Virus record (IMG/VR): IMGVR_UViG_3300042879_003514
Span: 31,303-95,302 of that record
DNA length: 64,000 bases
DNA from: a virus
Strand: one strand, 5' to 3'
This document shows, piece by piece, positions 49,901 to 57,911 of this stretch (position 1 is the stretch's first letter; the number at the start of each line of letters is the position of its first letter). The translations under genes and the position numbers were made by a program. The notes under the pieces are model-generated. The model worked only from the letters and a program-made list of their open reading frames with translations. It was not told the DNA's origin and searched no databases.

Positions 49901-52815
49901 ACTTGTCCTTCTATGGTTGCTGTTGGAACAAATTCTTCTGTTTTTGCCTGAGATATAACTTGTCCAGCATTTCTCAAGCCATCTATCGTGGTTCTAATCT
50001 CTCCAAATGAATCTGAGGTTGCATTAGTAGTTTTTGATAATCTTTCAAAAGCCTGACCAAGATTAGTTGATAATGTTTCAATTGATTTTTGAGCAGAAGA
50101 TACTCTTATTTCTCTAAGAGAAGCTAAATATGCTGATGCTGCCCCGGCAACAGCAGCAAGACCTACGGCAACAGCCTTCAACTGTGGGGGTAGGAACGAT
50201 AATGAGTCTACAACAGTTTTTGTAACTCCTGCTGCGCCAGCACCACCAGCAACAGCAGCACCCAACGCAGGAGCACCAGCCTTAGATAGTAAATCACCAG
50301 CTACTCCAGCTCCTAAAAGAAGACTAGTAGGACTTAGACCAGCGTCCTTTGCGGCCTTTTCTCGTCCTATTATATCTCTTCTTTCTGCTCTATCGTATCC
50401 TTGTGCTTTTAATTGTCTGGCTCTTTGTAATGTGTTGGTATCCGTTAATTGTTTAAACGACTGAATTACTTTATTAATAGATGATGTTAGCGAATCAAAA
50501 ATAGATGCGCCACCACCAGCAGCATAAGACTGAACAAAGCCAACAGAACCACCTTTATTATATCCACGAATTTTATCAGCATTATTTAATCTATTTAATT
50601 TATGATGGCCAATTCTTTGTGCTGCTTTTTTATTGATAACAAATTCACCAGGAGTTAGGAGTGCTGGAACAGTGTCATCAACCGATCCGCCACCAGCTAA
50701 TTTAGTATATTTTTCTGATGGTTTGTATTTAGCAAGATTGTATGCTATTCCGATATTTCCCAATTGAATCGAGTCTGCTTTTTGATTTTTTTTCTTTGTG
50801 AATCGTTTAATATAGTCTGTTTGCCCATCCTCAAGATAATATCTCATTAACTTATCTGCTAAAACAAAATCTGGAGTTCTTTCAGATCTATTTCTAACCT
50901 CAACTGGTCCTTTACCAGTGCCTATAATATCTACTGGATAATTACCGCCTTTATGAGTACCACGACCCAATTTGTCTTTAACTAATTTTTCGAATGTGTT
51001 TGATTGAACATCTTTGGAGGATTGAAGACCATATATAGTTTTATTAAAATTAATTGTATCTATACTATCTAAATTTTCTTCTACATACTTCTTCATTTTC
51101 ATGCTGTATAGTTTTTGTGGAGACACAGGGCCTCCACCAGCATATTTATTCATCTTATGTAGATTATTAATACCAATAGTCTCAACAGCTTTCTTTCTTA
51201 TAACAAACTCACCTGGAGTTAACATCGCTGGCACAGTATCTCCACTACCACCACCAGGAACCAATCCTCCTCTAGCAAATCTGCGTCTACCACCACCACC
51301 TAGGGACGAAGATAAACCGCTAACAAAGCTACCAATATTACTAATTCCTTTAACAGCAATAATAGCTGTCAATGCTGGTAAAACACTCTTTGCAGCATCA
51401 GCTATAGATATTAAAGCGCTAGCTAATTTTAATGATATATCTACAAAAGTTTGAAAGCCTTTGCTTTGTCCAACATCACGAACAAGACTAACAAATTGCT
51501 CTCTTACCTTTGTAATCTTAACCCCAAGTCCTTCTTGTGCTGTAGCAACGTCTTTGGCTAATGATCCAGCGCCTCTTTGAGCAACATTTAATGCTTCTTG
51601 AGCTGTTGCAAATTGCTGAATTAATGGAATAACCTTACCAACCTGACGAAAACCACCCAGTTCTTCTATAATAGCAGAAAACCTAATATCTCTTGTATCC
51701 AATTTACTTAGTCCATCACTAAGTCTTCTTACAGCTTCATAGGCTCCTACGAATTTACCTTCAACATCAGTTAATTCAACACCATATTGTTTAAGAGCTT
51801 CTATTGTACCTCCTCGTTGTATACGACTAAAAATAGTACGTAAACCTGTAGCAATAGTTTCCGCACTTTCACGAGTAGTTGCTCTTACGCTTGTAAATAC
51901 TGCTATAAATTCATTTAAAGCGTCTTTACCTTGGCTTACACCCTGACTAGCAGAAGCAAAAACACCGCCAGTTCTTTGGATAGCAGTGATAATATCACTC
52001 GCTTCAACAGCAAATTTAGCAGCAACTGCATTGATTGAGCCCAATGCGCTTTCTAAATCATTTGCGCTAATTCCGAACTGTTTCATTAGAGCAATACTGC
52101 CCTCAACTGTGCTATTCATATCATCAAAAGACGGAGCTAAAGATGACTTTGCCAATGCTTCTAAAGCAGTTTTAGTTTCTGCCGCAGATAAGCCTGCCTG
52201 AGATAGTGTTACTGATACTTGAAGTAGAGATTGAGATGTAACACCCAAGCCTTGTGATAATCTTACAATTTCTTGAGACAATCCTTTAAGACCAGTTGCT
52301 GTTTCAAATGTGACTTGTTGCAGTCTAATAAATTCTTTATTAAAATTTAAAAATTCACTATATGCTGAACCAAAAGCTTTTGCAATAGCATATATGCTTC
52401 CTGTTACTATAGAAAACGCGGCAAATCTACGAACAGCCAACCCGGCTTGCCTACCAAATGCTTCAATTTCAGATGTAGCCTCTGCTGTTCTTGTTCTAAC
52501 ATTATTAATAGCATTATTAGCATTATTAAGATTATTGCCTAAGTTTCCAATATTTGTGGAAGCACTACCAATACCAGCTCCTAGTGTTCTCAAAGCAGAA
52601 TTAAGAGAAGCAGCGTTTGATTCAGCATCCCTTAATGCTCTGCTTAAATTATTTATATTAGAAGTAATTCCCTGTATATTACTAGACGCTCTAGGGTCTA
52701 TTTTCAGATCTAAACTTACAGTAGATAATTGTTTACGTATATTTCCAACAACTTGATTAAGATTACTAGGTCCTCTTAAATTAAGTTCTGCTGTTAAGTT
52801 AAAAGATGATGCCAT
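43951..52815 (-). CDS. tail tape measure protein (TP901-like core) with repeated modules and inserts
   Basis: LSQAGL...INAVAAKFAV...IATGLRTIFSR core; long Ala-rich helices; four DTVPAxLTPGEFV modules. Confidence 0.9.
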   Translation of the reverse strand: MASSFNLTAELNLRGPSNLNQVVGNIRKQLSTVSLDLKIDPRASSNIQGITSNINNLSRALRDAESNAASLNSALRTLGAGIGSASTNIGNLGNNLNNANNAINNVRTRTAEATSEIEAFGRQAGLAVRRFAAFSIVTGSIYAIAKAFGSAYSEFLNFNKEFIRLQQVTFETATGLKGLSQEIVRLSQGLGVTSQSLLQVSVTLSQAGLSAAETKTALEALAKSSLAPSFDDMNSTVEGSIALMKQFGISANDLESALGSINAVAAKFAVEASDIITAIQRTGGVFASASQGVSQGKDALNEFIAVFTSVRATTRESAETIATGLRTIFSRIQRGGTIEALKQYGVELTDVEGKFVGAYEAVRRLSDGLSKLDTRDIRFSAIIEELGGFRQVGKVIPLIQQFATAQEALNVAQRGAGSLAKDVATAQEGLGVKITKVREQFVSLVRDVGQSKGFQTFVDISLKLASALISIADAAKSVLPALTAIIAVKGISNIGSFVSGLSSSLGGGGRRRFARGGLVPGGGSGDTVPAMLTPGEFVIRKKAVETIGINNLHKMNKYAGGGPVSPQKLYSMKMKKYVEENLDSIDTINFNKTIYGLQSSKDVQSNTFEKLVKDKLGRGTHKGGNYPVDIIGTGKGPVEVRNRSERTPDFVLADKLMRYYLEDGQTDYIKRFTKKKNQKADSIQLGNIGIAYNLAKYKPSEKYTKLAGGGSVDDTVPALLTPGEFVINKKAAQRIGHHKLNRLNNADKIRGYNKGGSVGFVQSYAAGGGASIFDSLTSSINKVIQSFKQLTDTNTLQRARQLKAQGYDRAERRDIIGREKAAKDAGLSPTSLLLGAGVAGDLLSKAGAPALGAAVAGGAGAAGVTKTVVDSLSFLPPQLKAVAVGLAAVAGAASAYLASLREIRVSSAQKSIETLSTNLGQAFERLSKTTNATSDSFGEIRTTIDGLRNAGQVISQAKTEEFVPTATIEGQVYSAIGTVVEAAMLNLVDTGIGKMDKREELSYSKELESAARPAAEAAQKGISEALKRGLTFDQARTAVGATDRDIAIARGGSAITDLEAKLAAVQSDRTLPETVRNKKEAEIKQAIALTTSRLVEAYKAESTAKQQNIAINKQLIESSNQYSQSLQNTVSSVQRASSEFSQYVQDINAEVGIKGGGEFQPRPNKIDTEIFKNLRAYSQAEVSSAIDNLASRLNFSPEFTQQTKERVSVKQNLEKGIQGIFGSLSVKSGTGGDVSGEFDKAIRELLAPLKLSKTSLPPILEDLRREFNNLSGSGADVTLSELAKNNPGLQKFFDTVGISSSELDKMSEAANEVAAEVTRFGSKLSESLVLAQEYSNAAVSARTEGSLRLSQTLNEPVALDQLNQSFNNAIRSLTRVTFAGDNRRGGPQVFESYGGTTDVATIEARLRQTEEEQKRLNENKNRTPQEEVRFAQVNAQATNLEKALKQLATDSSRASNALSKIEEVQKAKQGRTDVLMDLLSNVNNPEYMTDFIMNQQKFSNIMAGQGNSFDIPGAIQALQIKMRGQTADDALKTRGDFLEQIFQMLPADLANAVKQTLEAPEYNVSDFIKEYNDAIKAMAAANEALASRSLEAAGIFETAIKGSANYFADKVTNAADNTTTTGSATATTKANGGLIYAARGKYVNFQPKGTDTVPAMLTPGEFVVNAKATKKNLSLLKAINSNGKAAGYSMGGMVYLQGGGLVEAAKARLDEINAQIAEYVNQTRLYIQEWTDSVIEDPKDQAALDRQKVGIEKINKDRSLTNEYTELLRRKTEAQEALNYEQKKVDLKTRMETDTNERIKNIPRNEGESDADYKARATKQLKEDDDRDQKRIEAYEERQKNARLQEQQRRADAVAAEQVRLNNRTPKERLEDERRARKEAAEQERAARVATNISRLPEAARRDAERKRAEEQRALANKAMGLSGSEDSAQTIESAQNWWVRGGFMDNPGVGFTADLKTIIERYKASEQYQKDKAVSIESKQEGLRDFQRASEPSADYKAKLEERREASSQKEAQDRERTQKNQKTAAEKSQLDSGRVYFNQMYTSSGTRYSNASTDDILTDLEANRGRPQGYYNLKPEQQAYLDAYIGDYQFRQRSAKNAAEAQALEQKRATKLEAEKAEITLRTRGTPEEQAARNKQIADAEAARLEREQKYGLRSIDYQFLTESQMEEQKRAGRGPGTPFPFVRFNEFLVERGKTDQAAREKAAQNAAPITEEQKRKEEFNLLSPIEQIEYNRKIREDAFSPERAVTRALQRKVTELDPSGSENLLELAQAEMDSFFMTPSFEDQASLDASVADIIARARQNAAQRGATTTNRIAASNEERKRRIKEAGFDREIETFNGQFNPYFDTDVANKQMFDTLSKLPIVRDVIQGSRNSKRRNASDSFVSEVAGLIGAGSRNFGTAVYNLGYQIAHPRNKDSILERKVPHRKPKDFLQRILTGANSTYNVNAYGGGLSQKPLDPNASPEQKSAQFYDSIGQTAGETVVGAATDVSAVIPGAGFIDDAARLSARGLPKAVGALTPSPTGPKFPSMVFQPPPKVRPPFIRNPLNNMAEKSADKVRGALQQTPLPNLAEQVRTNAVNDALMQQMDRIPTVGDDLDIPNLGPEPDDDIFSRFDELYPNNPNDPFRTGTPTEQQISSYLRNPASQRRVGGRYVLSRPPSRTTSPRDPVTGQFVSPQSSNVDPFSGKVLPGAPEEYRKRKGALNATTRANGGLIYASQGKLVPYQPRGTDTVPAMLTPGEFVINRKAAKQNMGLLKAINNGQTISPKRFNKGGIVDTQYYETAGPVASPTTSGGVSSISVDSSSLDTAFSNFQTYVGSFGGFVGAFNEAASKLGGLSDVASSLSQIDLTTSAGSLNLAAVSIKDASSILQGQIGPFSSSVTELAGVISRIPSTITLTAQGSIPVNGTITVTLEGPGAGNLDETNAENIQKSVFDKIALAINQATAGSLNIVQT
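44535..51290 (-). repeat. four dispersed about 50-60 codon modules in the tape measure (cores 51205-51240, 50641-50676, 47830-47865, 44590-44625)
   Basis: GG...DTVPA(M/L)LTPGEFV(I/V)xxKA...; similarity visible at DNA level. Confidence 0.9.
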
Positions 52816-52829
52816 TTATTTCACCGATT

Positions 52830-52873
52830 AAAAATAAAAGACACCACAAGCGATTAAACTTGAGATGTCTTTT
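52830..52873 (-). terminator. hairpin + U tract directly upstream of the tape measure
   Basis: AAAAGACATCTCAAG-tttaatcg-CTTGTGGTGTCTTTT then ATTTTT on the - strand. Confidence 0.6.
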
Positions 52874-52897
52874 GATTTATATAGGGTAGTATGAGTA

Positions 52898-53779
52898 TTA
52901 ATTATCTGATTTGGTAATCTCTGAGACTGGTTGAGAAGACAAAGACGGCGAAGCTGTTTGTGGTTTTTCATCTTCCTTTTTTTCCTCGTCAACTATTGGG
53001 TTACCATTATCATCAATGAATGGTTTAAATTCTGTGATATAATCTCCATTTACGTCTACTGCATTCCCATTCTTGTCAACATATTTGCCTTGCTCATCAA
53101 CGAATCTACCAAACTCATCAATCAATCTACCATCAGCATCTGTTAATTGTCCCTTTTCATTAATTAATCTTAGTTTATCATCAACAAATTTGTATTTAAT
53201 TAAAAATTTATTTTCTGGTAATTTCTTTTCATAATCATTATCGAGTCCATACAACATATTGGCCAATACCTGGGCAGCTTTTACTGCAACAGGTTCTGCT
53301 GCGCGAGATAAGTAATCTTCATAATTTTTAAAATATTTATCTTTAGTATCTGAATACACCAATGATGCACTAATTAAATAGTTAAATCTAGCATTATCAG
53401 CCTGTCCTTCTGCTGTATGATTATCAAGATTGGTTCTAACAGAAATTAGATCTCGAATATCATCTCTAACATTTTTCATATCAATAGCTACTTTTTTAGC
53501 CTGTTTTAGACTAATACCACCCTTAGCAAGAGTTTTTTCATGATCCATTAATTCTTGTTGTAAAACAGCAAGCTTAGCTTGTTTAGAATCATCCCATAAT
53601 CCCTGATCCTTTAATAAATCATCAAGTCTAGCTCTTACAATACATCCAGATTTAACAGCATCAGAGAAAGCCTGATTGTAAACCTTCTGAGCCTCTCTTT
53701 GATCAGCAAGTGATGGCGACTTAATTGTAAAGTTTTGGTTTTTATTATCAATTACTATATCAAAAGAATCTGTAATCAT
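52898..53779 (-). CDS. putative tail assembly chaperone with DxxG repeats
   Basis: immediately upstream of the tape measure; heptad-like (I/V)DxxGx repeats at the C-terminus. Confidence 0.55.
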   Translation of the reverse strand: MITDSFDIVIDNKNQNFTIKSPSLADQREAQKVYNQAFSDAVKSGCIVRARLDDLLKDQGLWDDSKQAKLAVLQQELMDHEKTLAKGGISLKQAKKVAIDMKNVRDDIRDLISVRTNLDNHTAEGQADNARFNYLISASLVYSDTKDKYFKNYEDYLSRAAEPVAVKAAQVLANMLYGLDNDYEKKLPENKFLIKYKFVDDKLRLINEKGQLTDADGRLIDEFGRFVDEQGKYVDKNGNAVDVNGDYITEFKPFIDDNGNPIVDEEKKEDEKPQTASPSLSSQPVSEITKSDN

Positions 53780-54102
53780 GATTGATCTCCTGTGTCATTT
53801 TTATGTTTTAAATTATCGTTTATTAAAGTAACTCTATATTTATTTTGCTGATTTTCATCCTCAATATAATTAATGATATCATCAAGTGCCATTCTCATTT
53901 GGTTATTACCATGATTAAGAATAGATGTTCTAAGTATTTCCCACATATCTAAAAAATCCTGTTCTTTAGCAGTGAGGGGTTTATTAGAGTCCAATCCCCA
54001 TAGATAACCAAAAGATTCCTCAAATCTAACCAGTGATCCAATAATAGTTGTCTCAAATCTTTTACTAATCTGTTGAATTATTCCTTTTTTATTTCTGTTC
54101 AT
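53776..54102 (-). CDS. hypothetical protein
   Basis: operon packing in the tail module. Confidence 0.7.
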   Translation of the reverse strand: MNRNKKGIIQQISKRFETTIIGSLVRFEESFGYLWGLDSNKPLTAKEQDFLDMWEILRTSILNHGNNQMRMALDDIINYIEDENQQNKYRVTLINDNLKHKNDTGDQS

Positions 54103-54103
54103 A

Positions 54104-55132
54104 TTATTTAATTCCTGAGTTCTGTTCTGATAATCTATTTAGTAGTTCTTGTTTTACAATCGGAATATTTTCCCACTTTTCTTCCGGCTTTGCCTTTGCT
54201 GTTTCTATCAGTTGTTCTGCAAAAAGTTTTTCTCTTGGATTATTAGAATCCATAATAGCCTGAGCTTCTTCTGGACTACTAGCAAAAATAAAATTATGTT
54301 GATTATTCTTATTCCCAATTTTATTCTGTATAAGATTTTTTTTCTTTTCTTGTGCTGCTTTTCTATTATGAAATAAAAACCAGCCATCTAAAGCATCATC
54401 ATCATTTATTATATCTTCTGATGGGGCTTCTGGGTGTTGTCTAGCATTATCATACATCTTATGTAAATTTATTAAATATTTATAATCATCAGTTATATTA
54501 ATTAAATCTTTTTCTAGTTTACAACTTAATATATACGATCTCCAAAGATCAGATCTGGCTAATGCTTTCATATCGCTAACTTGTATGGTTTGATCAATAA
54601 TTTCTCTAATAAATATATTATGTAGTTTATTATAATTGCAATTATCTTCTTTTTGATTAAATAATAAATTATTATTTTTATCATAAATACATTTTTGTAT
54701 TATAAATTCATTTTTAATTGAAGAAGCGTATTCCTTAATTCCTAGAGAATCTAAAGATCTTTTTTTATTTAATAATTTAATATATTGGTTTTCTAATGAT
54801 TTTAATTGTTTTTTAAGCTTATCTTTAATTTTAAAATTAATAAAATTTTGAAAGATATCTATCTTTGTATCTTCTATAGATTTCTCAACAGCTTTTAATG
54901 TTGCTTCTTCATTTTTATTCCATAGATTATTAATTAATAAATAATATTCGATTTCATCATCTGTTAACCATCTTTTATCATATTTATTTTCTTCTATAGT
55001 TTTGTCGTATAGAATTTCTGATAAATATTTAATTTCAATAGAAGGAGATAAAACTTTATATGTTTCATTATGAATATCTATATAGTAATATCCTAATATA
55101 ATTCTATATAATATTTTTTCTAAATTTAACAT
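54104..55132 (-). CDS. hypothetical protein, possible tail assembly chaperone
   Basis: between tube genes and the tape measure; YDNARQHPEAPSEDIINDDDALDGW. Confidence 0.6.
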   Translation of the reverse strand: MLNLEKILYRIILGYYYIDIHNETYKVLSPSIEIKYLSEILYDKTIEENKYDKRWLTDDEIEYYLLINNLWNKNEEATLKAVEKSIEDTKIDIFQNFINFKIKDKLKKQLKSLENQYIKLLNKKRSLDSLGIKEYASSIKNEFIIQKCIYDKNNNLLFNQKEDNCNYNKLHNIFIREIIDQTIQVSDMKALARSDLWRSYILSCKLEKDLINITDDYKYLINLHKMYDNARQHPEAPSEDIINDDDALDGWFLFHNRKAAQEKKKNLIQNKIGNKNNQHNFIFASSPEEAQAIMDSNNPREKLFAEQLIETAKAKPEEKWENIPIVKQELLNRLSEQNSGIK

Positions 55133-55983
55133 GATGATACTTCATCAAACTTAATTACTGGTTTTAATCCTGATATGGTTTCATAGCTTGTAAAAGTAAC
55201 AGATCCTGTTTGTGGTTTAGAAGACTGACTAGCCTCACCACCAGAATACGACAAATCTGTGATAAATGCACTATTTACAGCAATTGAGATTCCACAAGAG
55301 CTAGCAGATAATGAATATTTAGTAGTATCTGGATCACCACAAGCCTGAGAAAATGCGTCTAGCACATATGAATCAACACCCTCTGTTAAAAAATCATATT
55401 TAATAGATGTTGTCATAGGAAACGACACCATGGAGGCATAGGGTTTATGAGTAGCAAATTCTGAAATATTTTCTCTGTTTACTGTAATATCAACAGTTAC
55501 TGCTGTTAAAAGGGTGGAATTTATTCCTGGCGGAGATGAACCAGAATAATCTTTTCTCATAAAAACTCGTTTTTCACCACCACAAGTTGATGAGCCTGAT
55601 CCGGCTGCTGCTTTACTATATCCAATATATGATTTTGTTACTAAAAAAGGACCATCTATAGTAAAAGAATATGAAATTCGATTTAGTAATGCCAAGTCAC
55701 AAACAGCAGACCCTGATCTATTCTTTAGTTCTATTTTAGAAACTTCATTAAAATCTGATACGCTGTGAACACCAGCAGAGTCAAGATACTGGCTGTAAGA
55801 TAATGTTATGTTTGGTATTTCTCCAAACTTGGCTATTGGACTACTATTATTAGGGGCAAAAATAGACTTAATAGATCTATTTAAACTATACTCAGCTGAA
55901 TATAATCCACACAATTGACTTCCACATTTACTTACGCCAAGCTGTGGAAATTGATTTAATAAAACAGTCTGTCCTTGAGCCAT
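55126..55983 (-). CDS. tail-tube-like protein (minor paralog)
   Basis: aligns with 56034..56855 (NRENISEFATHKPY vs NRESQYKLGQFKPF; YSGG vs FSGG). Confidence 0.55.
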   Translation of the reverse strand: MAQGQTVLLNQFPQLGVSKCGSQLCGLYSAEYSLNRSIKSIFAPNNSSPIAKFGEIPNITLSYSQYLDSAGVHSVSDFNEVSKIELKNRSGSAVCDLALLNRISYSFTIDGPFLVTKSYIGYSKAAAGSGSSTCGGEKRVFMRKDYSGSSPPGINSTLLTAVTVDITVNRENISEFATHKPYASMVSFPMTTSIKYDFLTEGVDSYVLDAFSQACGDPDTTKYSLSASSCGISIAVNSAFITDLSYSGGEASQSSKPQTGSVTFTSYETISGLKPVIKFDEVSSC

Positions 55984-56033
55984 AAACTTTTTCCTGTAAG
56001 TTTATTTTATTATATTAATTTAATAATAAATAT

Positions 56034-56855
56034 TTATGCAACTATTAGATTGTTCCAAGATGAGTAAGTATACTGAACTTCAACATTACCACCACCTGTA
56101 TCACCACCACTAAAGCCGATACTACTTAGTCTAGCATCCCCAATTGTCCAAGAAGAATTACAAGCAGTAATAACTTTAGTGAGTTTTTCTGTATCTGCTG
56201 GAGCGCATTTTTGTGGCTCTGTTGAACTAATAGCCCCGGCTTGTGGAATTAAAAGACTATACTGTAGTGTGCATTCAATTGGGAAGGTTACTGTTCTTAG
56301 AAATGGTTTGAATTGACCTAGCTTGTATTGACTTTCACGATTAAAATTGACACTAATACTAGCAGAAACAGCTCCGTCCATACCTTTTGTGTCGAAGTCT
56401 TGGCGTCTTGGTAAGTGTAGATTAGTATCATTTAGTGGAGAGAACGCTCCACCAGTAATGACTTCTTCTCCGGTATATGATAATTCTTCAGTGAATAAAC
56501 CATCAACACCAAAGTTAACACTATAGGAATTTAAATATGCGTTCTTAATTGTGAAACCTGTTGCTCCAGAAGCAACGCCGATTATAATTTCGTTTGTTTT
56601 TTGTAGTTCTGCTTCAATTTGTACGATATCGCCTGTTAGATTTAGCTTTAAACCTGGGCCACCAACTATGGATCTAGTGATAGTAACTTCTACTTCTGGG
56701 GTTACTGGAACAGCTTCTACGTGTTTAAGTTGACCTAGCTGGAAAACTGGTTCAATATTAGAATTTGATGTAAAACCAACGCTCTGAACTCCTTTAAGTG
56801 GAGTACCATTGAGTGAAACACCGTGTGTTGCATAAAATATACGCTCTAAAGCCAT
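56034..56855 (-). CDS. putative major tail tube protein
   Basis: own late-motif promoter; GVQSVG...VFQLGQ; position after the tail-completion gene. Confidence 0.6.
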   Translation of the reverse strand: MALERIFYATHGVSLNGTPLKGVQSVGFTSNSNIEPVFQLGQLKHVEAVPVTPEVEVTITRSIVGGPGLKLNLTGDIVQIEAELQKTNEIIIGVASGATGFTIKNAYLNSYSVNFGVDGLFTEELSYTGEEVITGGAFSPLNDTNLHLPRRQDFDTKGMDGAVSASISVNFNRESQYKLGQFKPFLRTVTFPIECTLQYSLLIPQAGAISSTEPQKCAPADTEKLTKVITACNSSWTIGDARLSSIGFSGGDTGGGNVEVQYTYSSWNNLIVA

Positions 56856-56903
56856 AGGAGTCTCCAGTATCTTGAATTGGTGCTATTGTAATTTTAATAA
56901 GAA

Positions 56904-56922
56904 CAACAGTAAACTATACACC
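56904..56922 (-). promoter_or_regulatory. putative late-promoter motif
   Basis: GGTGTATAGTTTACT in the gap upstream of the tube gene. Confidence 0.5.
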
Positions 56923-56926
56923 AGTA

Positions 56927-57901
56927 TTAAAAGGATCCGCATATAATTTCATTAGTGATGCGAATAACAGCACCAAACATTCTAATGTTAGTAAAATCAA
57001 TATCAGAAATTGTAATGTTTTTTAGTCTACATTCTTTCCATTTATAGCTATCATTTTTAACAATAGTATTGTAATTTTGTCCATTAATATTTATAGAACC
57101 ATCATAATTTAGTGGATAAACACCACTGTTGACAACAATATCTGTTTTATAAAGCTGCAATAGTCTATCTTCTTGAATCCTAATAATATCTACTATATTA
57201 TTTTTATCTGCGGGATTATCGGCCAATACATGGAGTAATATGTCCTGATTAAAAATTAAGTCTTTGCTACCTAATTGAAATGGTTCCTGAATTGATCTTG
57301 TTATAGTCTCAATAACAACAGCTGGTAATTGTATTCTGTATTCGCTACCTATAGAAAAATTACCCTTGTCTACATTTAATATTCCAGTTTTATCTTCTAG
57401 TGATCTAAATTGAATTTCTTTCCAGTATGGAAATTCTTCTGTTTTGTATACTTGAATGTTTCTATAACTATATTCTAAATGAACTGTTCCTGTTGCTGGT
57501 ATTGCCTGATTAAATATCACCTTTCCTTCTGGATAATTGATTTTATATCCAAGCGTTGAGTTACCAGTTGGAGCAGGATAAAGAGTAGAATTGACATAAA
57601 TTCCACTAATATTTATTGGTGATTGATTATTAAAAACTATTCCAGTTTCATAAACCCAATCTTTACGCGGTGTTTGCCAAACCGTATTAGTAGATTGATT
57701 TTTGTCTTCTGTGGGTTTTAAAACATGAAGATTAAAATTTGAAATATTTGTAGTTGGTATTTTAACATTTGTAAATCCACCAATTTTTATAAATCCCCAA
57801 TCTAAAAATGATTTATAGTTATTCTCAAGTTCATTAAGAAATTTCGTGGATCCTATATTTGTTACACCAGTAAATTCTGGTTCAAAAACACATCTAGACA
57901 T
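56927..57901 (-). CDS. putative tail completion/terminator protein
   Basis: QLPAVVIE...FQLGS...QDILLHVLA; neck-tail junction position. Confidence 0.5.
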   Translation of the reverse strand: MSRCVFEPEFTGVTNIGSTKFLNELENNYKSFLDWGFIKIGGFTNVKIPTTNISNFNLHVLKPTEDKNQSTNTVWQTPRKDWVYETGIVFNNQSPINISGIYVNSTLYPAPTGNSTLGYKINYPEGKVIFNQAIPATGTVHLEYSYRNIQVYKTEEFPYWKEIQFRSLEDKTGILNVDKGNFSIGSEYRIQLPAVVIETITRSIQEPFQLGSKDLIFNQDILLHVLADNPADKNNIVDIIRIQEDRLLQLYKTDIVVNSGVYPLNYDGSININGQNYNTIVKNDSYKWKECRLKNITISDIDFTNIRMFGAVIRITNEIICGSF

Positions 57902-57911
57902 TATTGTATCC

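Noticed and set aside
52898-55132. Programmed frameshift tail chaperone (lambda G/GT type)
   Set aside because: Each ORF has its own ATG and I found no convincing slippery site at the junctions
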